The notes beneath the pieces were generated by a model that saw only the letters and a program-made list of their open reading frames with translations, made no database searches and was not told the DNA's origin. A program made the position numbers and the translations under genes. This document shows, one piece after another, positions 13,733 through 25,700 of a DNA stretch of 64,000 nucleotides (its first letter is position 1; the number at the start of each line of letters is the position of its first letter). This stretch comes from Lingula anatina (lineage: Eukaryota > Animalia > Brachiopoda): contig CM120645.1 of assembly GCA_051362555.1 (NCBI GenBank), positions 20,584,001 to 20,648,000 of the forward strand, in the 5' to 3' direction.

Positions 13733-15350
13733 AACACCATTTTCTTGAATCCTGGAGGACTTCTAATGAATCAAGCATATAAATAAGAATTAAGTTTAAA
13801 GTTGGTGTGCTTACTTATATAGGCTGTTTTATAGCTAATGATTATGCTGATAAACAGAAAGTTTAGTGTGAGTACTGTGTATTTGGGATATGCTTTTAAG
13901 ATGAGCTGAGGAAAAATTGATATCTGTAAGTTTCTAATTTGTATACTTTCTTTCTACTTCTTACACATTCTTAACAAAGTGTTCATTTTATTTGATGTAA
14001 ATCTATTTTTCTTTAGTAGAGCTATATGAACAGTTATTTTAAACATTGTTATGAGAAGTTATTTCATTTTTAGATGTAATTCATGTACACGTAAATTGGT
14101 TTAACTGAAAAAAAGACTTTCCTAAAAATTTGTCTGGGAATTTTGATTGATTAATCGATTATCATTAGGTTCATCTAACCTTTTTGCTGCAATTGATATA
14201 AAACTCATGAAGAATGAAGTTCTTGTGTTTTATGGAGAATCTTGATCTACATCAGAAAAACTTGTTTCTTTGTTTGTTCATATGAATTATGCAATTAAAA
14301 CTTATTGCTGATAATGTTGATAAAGAAAAAATGTGTTGAAAAACATTCTATTCATATTTTTGCAAGCTGGCACAGATTTGTGATGTGCAATATGAATGCT
14401 GTTACAGTAAGTCATGCCTAAATACTCCTCTTTGATACTAGATGAAATTACAGACCTGATGGTATTGTATTTAGGGGTGCATTTGTTTTATAAGTGGCTT
14501 TTTAGATAATTTTATAAGTAACCACTTTGAAGTAGCTGTTGTCAACATGCAATCATACAAAATAATGTTTTATTTTTCTAAGGCATCACTGAAAAATAAA
14601 TGGCAATTGTTATGCCAGTGCAGAAAATCTGCAGTTCTAAAATTGGAATTGAAGATGTGATTATGATTATTATGAAATGACACAATATGCTGGTTTAAAT
14701 ATGTATATGATTTGGGTGTGTTTTACATGTTAACATTAATTACCGTATGACTTTTACAGTAATATTGAATTGAAAAAAGGCATTATGGTTGTTGTCTTAA
14801 TGTATGCAATGTGCATTAGACTTTTAGATAGCAAAAAAAAAATTTGAAAATGATTCCCCCCCCCCAAAAAAAAAAAAACCATCAAGTTAATTATGTGCCA
14901 ACCTGTTGAGGAATTAGAGAAATATCAACCTGTTTCCAAATTGTAATTTTTTTAATAGTTTCCAATAATGAGAGTGATTAAAAAACAGTTTATGGATCGT
15001 AATTTTTATTCAATGATTTTGAGTATTGGGGTACTGTGTGGAGAGAAGAAAAATTAAAATTTCCACGAAAATTATTTTTTTATAATCCTTTATAAATGTC
15101 TAAGGTGATTGTATGATTAGTTGAATATTGATAAAACTGAATAAATCTTATGCAGAATGAGAATATTTTAATGATTTCTAAGCAATACGTAATTATAAAG
15201 TTTTAAGGGGAACAATATTTTAATGTGATAACATTTGTAACATTGGAATTGCAGATGCTGACGTGATGGGCTCTGATTACTACTTCAGACGAAAATATGT
15301 TAACTGAATATTATTTATTGTTAAAACATTAAAAATATATTCTTATTTCA
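13733..15350 (+). other. Probable EEA1 3' UTR
   Basis: AT-rich region after the stop codon, with AATAAA at ~14596 and ~15140 and ATTAAA at ~15328 followed by a T/GT-rich tract. The true end cannot be fixed without transcripts. Confidence 0.5.
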
Positions 15351-16487
15351 TTTTGTGTTTTGTTTTTGTTCCTAGACTTATCTCGAAGTAGGCAGAAAAT
15401 TTGGTTTAGTTTACATCAACTTTTGATTCTAGTTCTTTAATGTAACAGAGGGGGGGGGGGGGGGCTCCATCAGGTTCATGTAGGTTTGGGTTAGCTAAAC
15501 GTAAGTGGTTAAAAGTCTAGGGTGGAGTTTATTAATTACTTGCCAATGTCAATGGGAACCGGGCCTTAATTGGCGCGGATCAATATGAAGGTATTGCAAT
15601 AAGTTTGCCGCCCAAGCCCTGGCCGCCTTGAATGTAATTTTCTGAAATTTTGTAATTTTCTGATAAGGCATGTGAACACAGTTTCTATTGACTTAGGAAG
15701 TTCCAAGAAGACGTGCTTCTTCCTTCCTGCAGTTTTCCTCCTGGGGGTCATCACGGGTCAGGTCCTGTTCCATGTGCTCATCATCTCATGGTTTAGTTGC
15801 ACGTGGGATGCTGAGTGATGCGGTCTTTATGAGCCCGAAAAAAGCCTGATTGTCGAATTTTAATAAGGTGTACGAAATTCACGACAATCAGCATCGTGCA
15901 AAATTGCTTTCTGGTCGAAATTCAGTAAAAAAAAATCCAGACGGCTGATTTTAATAACGTTTGAAATTTAAGAGCCGTTCGAAATTCATGGCACATTACC
16001 GTATTGCCATGGGCGGTACATCAACGACCTTCTTTTTAGCCTTTTAGACTATTTGTGGTACCCTCTACTAAGGCCGCAGATTGATTATTCAGCAGATGTT
16101 CACAAATGTGTGTTTAGTTAAATGAAGATTTTTTTCTAAATGGATATAAGAAATCATTTTTGTAATTTGAAGACAATTGTACTGGAATTCTACGTACTCA
16201 GTGACTGCGTTGATACATTCTGACAACGTTTATGGTTTAGATTCAGGGCTATGCTATATAATGTGCATGCCCCAGTGTGTATAACTAATATTTTGTGGCC
16301 ATAAAGTCTGCAAAAAATTCCAGGACAGTGTTATCACATGTGTGGGCCCCTAGTGAGCATAGATAGATCCATTGTAATGACAGGCAGTGCGCCTTATCGG
16401 GAGTTGCATTGTTGTTGTTGATGAAAAATATCAAATTTTGTTCCTGGAAGTTTTCTTGATAAAATGTGCACGAACTGAATCTGAATA

Positions 16488-16893
16488 CCTTTGATGATGT
16501 TTATTTACGTAAATTTAGGCCACCAGCCTATATTACATTACACAGTAACAGGAGTCAAATTTATGCCTTCTACATGTATATATCCCTAAGTTTGAAGCAC
16601 TCATACACATACATTGACAGATTTGTCAAGAGAGTTGCATCTTCAGATTTCATGAGCTTATTGAAGTTGAATATGTTTGCCTGAATGCCGGGAATATATT
16701 TTGCTCTGTAACCATTATATCGTGGACACACAAGCACGAAATGGTACTCGTCCTCTATGTATGCTTCATTATAAGCGTTGCAGCAGAAATCACAATGTCT
16801 AAATTTGGGATCTATATTTTGATGTCTACCCCTCTCGATTTTTAGATCATGACACGAGGTTCTAAGCCGTGATAAGGCATTTCTAATCTTCCA
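16488..16893 (-). mobile_element. 5'-truncated RTE-X-like non-LTR retrotransposon (ORF2 C-terminal CCHC domain plus 3' UTR)
   Basis: Minus-strand open frame 16893-16570 reads WKIRNALSRLRTSCHDLKIERGRHQ...RHCDFC...IEDEYHFVLVCPRYNGYRAKYI...FKLRDIYM*, the typical LINE ORF2 C-terminal zinc knuckle. It is flanked by the perfect 12-bp direct repeat tgaatctgaata (16476-16487 and 16894-16905), which is single in the homologous uninterrupted modules. Confidence 0.85.
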
Positions 16894-17014
16894 TGAATCT
16901 GAATATGAAGATTCGGTTACGTTCCTGTCACGGGATTAGTTCTTCAGGCTGTAGTAGCAAGATGATATGTGGGAGTCTGGGGAAATCAACATTTATACAT
17001 GCTGATAGGATGGG

Positions 17015-17159
17015 GTAACTCGAAAGCATCGCGTATTGCGAAGAGCGATAACACATAGAGGCTAGGTACATGTGCAATGTATACCATGGGGCGAGAACGG
17101 GCAAGTAATGGAATCGAGACGCTTGCACTCGGTCGCAATGCGCGATGCTTTCGAGTTAC
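17015..17159. mobile_element. Small hairpin MITE
   Basis: 27-bp inverted repeat gtaactcgaaagcatcgcgtattgcga / tcgcaatgcgcgatgctttcgagttac (1 mismatch). Confidence 0.6.
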
Positions 17160-18169
17160 GGGGCCCACGTTAGAGATCGGCTGCAATGCATCTCAAGAAG
17201 AGAGAACATGTTGTCCGAAACAGTGCAAATTTAGCAATGAATAAAGAAATTACACATAGGCTCGAAATATGGACACCGTTGTTTGCTTTTACGTTCGAAA
17301 CGCGCTGGTGCTACTTTCCAGATTCGTGGTCAATATATTTACGTATAAATTGCTATAAGGACATCCAACGCAGACTACAATAACCAACTGTTACAATCAT
17401 TAAATGTTCACTCGCTGGTTGCTCAGGTACAGGACTGCAGATTGATTTTTCATTACATTTTCACAGATATGTGCCTAGTTAATGATGTTATTTTTTCGAC
17501 AGAGCAAAAGTGCACATAAAGAAATCTGCGACCCTGGTAGAGAGTACATTAGTTACCAGGAAGGTAGGTATGGTGCGAGTTCCAACTAGGGTGTCTTCAT
17601 GTCTGCGCTTGAGACTAGACCATCTAGAGCGCAACAGAGAGTCACTTGGACACTCTTTACCAAGGCAACGGAATATTTGGCCTCTCTCTGGCCTCTCAGG
17701 TCCAGAAATGTTCATTGTACAGTAGTACTGGCTACTAACTCTGCCAATAAGCATATACATGTAAGTTGTGTGCAAGTTCAAACCACGGTTCGAGCAGAAG
17801 ACAATATTCTGCGCTGAGCTCTATTCTGTGTAGTCACGCCACGCCTGAACGCGTTACACGCTTCCAGGATTATATTTTAAGTGGTTTATCAACTTCATTT
17901 AGAAATGTGAAGTACTATTTGTTCCACATTAATATTGGTCTTTCATTAACCACAACATTGCTCCTATAATTGCTCTCGTTTTCATAAGCCGTGGGTAGAT
18001 GTAATCATCTTCGACCTCTCCCTCACCCCCTCCCAACCATCAGCACAGTAAAACCTCTTGTATCAAAAGGAATATTTTTTAACTGAGATATGAGCAATTG
18101 GTTGAAAATATTCACCTTGTTGATAAAATGTACAGAAGAAATCATTTAAATAATTGGAAGTTCATCATA

Positions 18170-18570
18170 GTGGAATCCTACAAACAGTTTACTCAGGTGA
18201 CTGCGCTGATAACATTTATAGAAAAGATTCAGGGCTATGCTATCTTATATACATGCCCCAGTGTGCATAACTAATGTTTTGTGGCTATAACGGCTACAGC
18301 TTATTCCAGGGCAATGTTATCTCCTGTGTGTGCCCCTAGTGAGCATAGATAGATTCATTGTAATGAGAGGCAGCGCGCTTTATCCGGTATTGTATCTTTG
18401 TTGAAGACAGATATCAGATTTTTTCCAGGAACTATTTTGAAAATTTGTGCACGGACTGAGTATGAATACAAAGATTCGGTTACATTCCTCTCATGGGATT
18501 AGTTCTTCAGGCTGTAGAAACAAGGTGGTATGCTTAAGTTTAGGAGAAATCAACAAATTGGCTGATAGAG
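18170..18570. repeat. ~400-bp non-coding module present three times (also ~16170-17010 and ~39880-40300)
   Basis: Shared blocks actcaggtgactgcg, ttcagggct, gcccctagtgagcatagata and gaagattcggttacgttcctgtcacg...gattagtt occur in the same order in all three copies. Confidence 0.75.
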
Positions 18571-19773
18571 TATTTACATGTAAAACATGTAATCGTTCTT
18601 TTGGTACCTGGCCATTTATGTGTATGTAATAGGGCTGTGTAAATGGTTTGAAGTTCGTGAAGTCTAAATGCTTCCTTAACTTTTTTTTCCTTTTTTTTTT
18701 TTGGGGGGGGGGGGGGGTATTTAATTGCTTAATTTCTCAGCCTTACAGATTTGGACCTAGTTTAAAAAAAAAACTAAGTTACCTGGCTTAGTTGTCAAGA
18801 ATATCCAGAAGAGTGCTGTTACACTGCTCCTGGTACAGTAAGACTTGTGACCATGTACCCTTTTTAATAAAGTTTTTTTGTGAAACCAGGGCCTGAGCTT
18901 TTTACAAATACGTATCGTACTTAAGCTGTGTCCTTGATTCCCTTATTGTAAATTCATTGTTGAAAAACACTTAATAAAACATATATAGTCTTATTTGAAA
19001 AATAAATAAATAAATCACATAGAAATACTAAAATTCTATAAACTTCCACAAATTTTTATTCTGGATAATTAATTTCAGGGATTACAATTAATAAGTTTGG
19101 TTTTTCATGTGTCATTTTCTCTGCATCTGTTCAAAGGCATTGCTTAAAATATTGTGGGTCATCTAAATTTCTTCCTCAAATCTGAATAATGCCCCTAAAA
19201 TTGCGCCAGACTTACTATTGATTCAGATTTCAATTAGGCATATAATGGTAATCAGTTACAGTGCATCTCAAGAACGTAGTTTATGTGCAACATAAGATTC
19301 AAATGAGGATAATTGATCATAAAAGAATATAAGAATACACTGACACGAGTAAGACATGCCCGGTGTTGTATCATTTTTTTTTTTTTGTATGCCAATTACT
19401 ACATGATGTAAGTCAAAATAAGTGTTTTAGTAAAATTAATTTTAAAAAACCATGAGGAAAAGAGACTAACTGGCACCTTTTTGATTGGCCAGTGGTTTTC
19501 ATTCCATATGTCGGCTTAAGTCAAATTACAAACAACCTTCCGTGTAATGACAATAAATCAACATCTGCTTATAATTTTTTGCATCAAAGGCATGATGTCT
19601 AAGATAATACACAATTAGGCTGAATATGTACTCATTAAAATATGATTGGGGAGAGAGAGTTGTAAATATTGTCTTACATGATCTCATATTGCATTGTGGT
19701 CTGAATAATATTATTATTATGAGGATTACCAACAGTTGTATGTTACTCAAGTAATATATGAACAACACCTGAC

Positions 19774-22700
19774 TTACTTGGAACACACAACACAGGTAAG
19801 CTCCCTTCCATGAACATATTTTGGACACGGGAGAGAATTACCGCAGTCAGCTTCTACCACATGGAAAAGAGCACCATTTTTGTTGGCCATTCCTCCTGCA
19901 ACTACTTCTGGAGCCTCATCAAGACATACGAATTCAGTTCTATATTGTGAATTGTGTTGTGCGACCAAGTAGCCATGATATTCCCGCGTCCACTCGGCAG
20001 GACACGTTTTCCATGCTGGAATCATCACATGACTGGTGCGGTCTTGGGTGTAACAAACAGCACATGGAGCATCATGGTTCTTGAAATTCTTGCCTCCAAA
20101 ATTGATTCTCTGGAAAGGATCATTGGAGTAGTGTCCCATTTCGTACTCTGTGCCGTGAATGTTTGTGCCAGAATTTTGGAACCCATCTTGGTAATTGCCC
20201 CACTGTGGGTTGTGAGGGAGACAGATGTAGTTGCTAGCGCCACCTTTACTATTATACCAGGAACCAGCAGTATAACCTACAAAATAAAGAATATTTTCAC
20301 CAGAAGCGAGGCAACAGACGGATTTATCGGTCTATTTAAAATTATGAATTTGCCCAAACTTATGATGTAAAAGGTCAGCTGTAACTAATTATACCCCGTT
20401 CACACTACAATCTGAAATATCCGAATTTTTGCAATGCGAATTACGGGTGAAAAATCCGATTCGGTTGTCTGGCCACACACAGCAAAGGGAAACCGAATCG
20501 TGCACTGAAAATTCAGGTGGAGGTTCCGGTTTGAAGAATCGCGCATGCGCAGAATCCATGAAAACAAAAATATGGTGCCAATCCACTGGTGCCAATCATT
20601 GCTCTTCTCGCACTCAGTTTTTTTTTCTCGTGTGTTTGTTTTTGGAACATCGAATTTAACCCAAAAGTCGTCAAAAGGAAGATTTAAGTAAGATCTGAAA
20701 GAATTTGACGGATACAAGAAGGAGAATAGCTGGGTTTCGATGGAGAGTGTGGGTCCACTGACCTGGCATGTTGCTTTTCTTTCCCGCGAGATTTGCTAGT
20801 GCATGCGCAGTGCGATCTAAACAGGTGGCCCTTCCGGTAAAGTAACCGAATCGCTGGAGAGAATCCAGCTCGCTAGTAGGATTTTTGGAAACCGGTTTAC
20901 AAAAATCCTCATGCGTTCAGACTACCGCAATAATTCGAATCTTGACCTAATTCGCTATTTAACCGGTTAAATGACTGCAGTGTGAACGGGGTATCAGTCC
21001 TATATATACCAGGGGGAGGGGGGGGGAGGGGGGAAGGGGGGGGGCGTCTCGATAGTCCGAAGGTTCATTGGTCCGAAGGTTCATTGGTCCGAAAAGTGGT
21101 AACATTTTCATCGATTTTTTAATCAAGGGTTCATTGGTCCGAAGGTTCTATAGTGAACATTCGGACCAATGAACCTTCGGACTACTGCAGCACCGATAAC
21201 ACGAGAAGTGGAAAACCATTTTACCACTTACAGAACTGATGAATATGCATAATATGCAGGTCAAGTTCGAAAATCAGCATGATCGGGTCACTTTTAGGGA
21301 ATTTATGCTGTTTTTTCACTTTTTTCAGCATATATGCAGCACCGATAACACGATAAGTGGAAAACCATTTTACCTTTTGACTTGAAACTTGCAGAACTGA
21401 TGAATATTCATAATACGCAGGTCAAGTTCAAAAATCAGCATGATCGGGTCACTTTTAGGGAATTTATGCTGTTTTTTCACTTTTTTCAGCATATATGCAG
21501 CACCGATAACACGATAAGTGGAAAACCATTTTACCTTTTGACTTGAAACTTACAGAACTGATGAATATTCATAATACGCAGGTCAAGTTCGAAAATCAGC
21601 ATGATCGGGTCACTTTTAGGGAATTTATGCTGTTTTTTCACTATTTTCAATATAAATGCAACACTGATAACACAATATAAGAAAAACGGATTGTCCAATT
21701 GTAATTATACTCACAGGAGTGGTCAATCTTACTAAAACGCAGGTTGAGTTCGAAAATAAGCATAATCAGGCCATTACTTAAGAAGTTATACTGTTTTTTC
21801 ACATTTCCTCAGATTAAATTATTAGGCATGTTAACAGTCTCATTATTTAACTAATAAGATGCCTAAAAGTGTTTGTTTGATATTTCCTGCATCTTTACAA
21901 CATTGTTAGTTGATTATGTAAAAAACATGGTAAACTTGTTATCATGTATTGTGTAATAAAGTGTCAAAAATGGAAATAAACTCATATCATTGCAGTTTGT
22001 CAGATTCAATCATCCACTATGTTCAGAATCTCAGAATGGAGGAAATTGGACATTTAACACTGTTCTATTGATACTTTTCCCATCTCATCAATTTTCTTAG
22101 TTGGACATATAAAAATGGCAGTAAAATGTTTATTTTGTTTTATGTTAAAAATGTGTTAAAAATGGAAATAAACCCATTTCAGAACAGTGCTGTCTTGTTT
22201 ACATTTTGGCATTTTCAAGGCGTGACTTTGAAGTTCCATGGGCCTGAAGACCTTTGCTAGTCACATTTTCTGAATATCTGTGATACAAATATTTTATAAT
22301 TAAAAATTGATGGTCATTAAGCTGTTAAACATTATGTAATATTGCATCAAAATTTGAAGAAACCCCTATTTTGGGCACTGCTTCCATGATGACCATTTAA
22401 GGAAAATCATGTCACTTACTGTTCTCAAACTTACAGGAAAGAAACATGGGACTAAAATACAGCTTCAGTAGGCAATGCAGTCTGTTTGGTATTTATATTT
22501 ATTTATTTATTTATTTTGGCAGTTAAACAGTTTTTTGTGAAAATTTAATTTTTCACATATTGGCATTTTCAAGGTGTGACTTTAAAGTTCCATGATCTTG
22601 AAGACTTTTGCTTGTCACATTTTCTGAATGTCCATGTTACTAATATTTTATTAATAACATTTGATTGTCATTATGCTGTTAAACATTATGTAATGTTGCA

Positions 22701-25700
22701 TCAAAATTTGAAGAAACCCCTATTTTGGGCACTGCTCCTATGATGACCATTTAAGGGAAATCATGTCACTTACTGTTCTCAAACTTACAGGAAAGAAACA
22801 TGGGTCTAACATACAGCTTCAATAGGCAACGCAGTCTGTTTGGTAAATTTTTCTGGCAATTTAACAGTTTTTTGTGAAAATTTAATTTTTCACTTATTTG
22901 CATCTTTATTTTCTGTTCTTTGTCTGTACATTTGACAGCTTTGCTGCCTTGTTTCACTTTTTTCAGCATATAAGCAGCACTGATAACACGATAAGTGGAA
23001 AACCATTTTACCTTTTGGCTTGAAACTTACAGAACTGATGAATATTCATAATACGCAGGTCAAGTTCGAAAATCAGAGTGATTGGGCCATAGTTGTAGAA
23101 GTTGTGCTATTTTTTTCATTTTTTTTCAGCATAAATGCAACACCGATAACACGATAAGTGAAAAACCGTTTTACCTTTTGGCTTGAAACTTACTGAAATG
23201 ATTAATTTTCATAATACGCAGGTCAAGTTTGAAAATCAGCCTGATCGGGCCATTTTTATGGAAGTTATGCTGTTTTTTCACTATTTCAGCATATGTGCAA
23301 CACTGATAACACATTTCAAGGAAAATCAATTGGCCAATCGTCTTGAAATTCACAGGGGTGATCAGATTTACTAAAATACATATGAGGTTCGAAAATAAGC
23401 TTGATCGGTTCAGTTTTGGTGAAATTGTGCCTTTTTATGTACAGACACAGATGTGTCTGTACATATAGCCATCATCTGCGTCTGTCGTCGCCGTCGTCGC
23501 CGTCGTCGCCGTGCACTTTTACCGATAACACGATAAGTGGAAAACCATTTTACCTTTTGACTTGAAACTTGCAGAACTGATGAATATTCATAATACGCAG
23601 GTCAAGTTTGAAAATCAGCATGATCGGGTCACTTTTAGGGAATTTATGCTGTTTTTTCACTTTTTTCAGCATATATGCAGCACCGATAACACGATAAGTG
23701 GAAAACCATTTTACCTTTTGACTTGAAACTTACAGAACTGATGAATATTCATAATACGCAGGTTGAGTCAGAAAATCAGCATGATCGGGTCACTTTTAGG
23801 GAATTTATGCTGTTTTTTCACTTTTATCAGCATATATGCAGCACCGATAACACGGTAAGTGGAAAACCATTTTACCTTTTGACTTGAAACTTACAGAACT
23901 GATGAATATTCATAATACGCAGGCCAAGTTCGAAAATCAGCATGATTGGGCCATTTTTAGGGAATTTATGCTGTTTTTTCACTATTTTCAATATAAATAC
24001 AACACTGATAACACAATATAAGAAAAACGGATTGGCCAATTGTAATTATATCCACAGGGGTGGTCAATCTTACTAAAACGCAGGTTGAGTTCGAAAATCA
24101 GCATAATCGGGCCATTGTTTTAGAAGTTATACTGTTTTTCACATTTCCTCAGATTAGGCATGTTAACAGTCTCATTATTTAACTAATAAGATGCCTAAAA
24201 GTGTTTGTTTGATATTTCCTGCATCTTTACAACATTGTTAGTTGATCATGTAAAAAACATGGTAAATTTGTTATCATGTATTGTGTAATAAAGTGTCAAA
24301 AATGGAAATAAACTCATATCATTGCAGTTTGTCAGATTCAATCATCCACTATGTTCAGAATCTCAGAATGGAGGAAATTGGACATTTAACACTGTTCTAT
24401 TGATACTTTTCCCATCTCATCAATTTTCTTAGTTGGTCATATAAAATGGCAGTAAAATGTTTATTTTGTTTTATGTTAAAAAAGTGTTAAAAATGGAAAT
24501 AAACCCATTTCAGAACAGTGCTGTCTTGTTTACATTTTGGCATTTTCAAGGCGTGACTTTGAAGTTCCATGGGCCTGAAGACCTTTGCTAGTCACATTTT
24601 CTGAATATCTGTGAAACAAATATTTTATTATTAAAAAATTGATGGTCATTAAGCTGTTAAACATTATGTAATATTGCATCAAAATTTGAAGAAACCCCTA
24701 TTTTGGGCACTGCTTCCATGATGACCATTTAAGGAAAATCATGTCACTTACTGTTCTCAAACTTACAGGAAAGAAACATGGGACTAAAATATAGCTTCAG
24801 TAGGCAATGCAGTCTGTTTGGTATTTTTATTTATTTATTTATTTATTTTTTTGGCAGTTAAACAGTTTTTTGTGAAAATTTAATTTTTCACATATTGGCA
24901 TTTACAAGGTGTGACTTTAAAGTTCCATGATCTTGAAGACTTTTGCTTGTCACATTTTCTGAATGTCCATGTTACTAATATTTTATTTATAACATTTGAT
25001 TGTCATTATGCTGTTAAACATTATGTAATTTTGCATCAAAATTTGAAGAAACTCCTATTTTGGGCACTGCTCCTATGATGACCATTTAAGGGAAATCATG
25101 TCACTTACTGTTATCAAACTTACAGGAAAGAAACATGGGTCTAACATACAGCTTCAATAGGCAACGCAGTCTGTTTGGTAAATTTTTCTGGCAATTTAAC
25201 AGTTTTTTGTTAAAATTTAATTTTTCACTTATTTGCATCTTTATTTTCTGTTCTTTGTCTGTACATTTGACAGCTTTGCTGCCTTGTTTTAAGTATTTTT
25301 TTGTAATTAACTCTCAATAGACCATTAAAAAAACACTTGAAAAAACAATTGACTACCCTTTTTAACTCTTTAATGATCTCTTAACAGATGATTACTGAGG
25401 GTTAGCCATCTATTAAGGTCCACACCATCCGATAGCAAGCACAGGTTTTAGAATAATTGTGATAACTCTCATTTTGGTGGTAAAATGGATTTTATTATAC
25501 TTTTATGTATTATATTTATTTGTGGATTTTTGAATCTCATATGAAGAATTGTTATGATCCCTTTAGATTTTGCTGAGTGGCTTTGTTTAGTAAAATGGCA
25601 TGGTTCCTTTCCAAAGTCAGCACAATTGGATTATGTTTATAGTTTTTTAATGTAAAATATTGTTGCAGCGTTTTTGCTGTATGGTATCTTTATACTTGAC

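Noticed and set aside
15696-15820. Hydrophobic, signal-peptide-like frame (KTCFFLPAVFLLGVITGQV) after an AG
   Set aside because: No start codon, no linked exons and no recognisable family; not supportable as a gene.
17488-17969. Cluster of overlapping short ORFs on both strands
   Set aside because: No recognisable domain or consistent exon chain; a slightly GC-richer patch gives longer ORFs by chance.
19821-20370. Plus-strand ORFs of 87-145 aa conserved in both duplicates (also 41514-41951)
   Set aside because: Antisense to the conserved NC1-like exon; their conservation is explained by the minus-strand gene.
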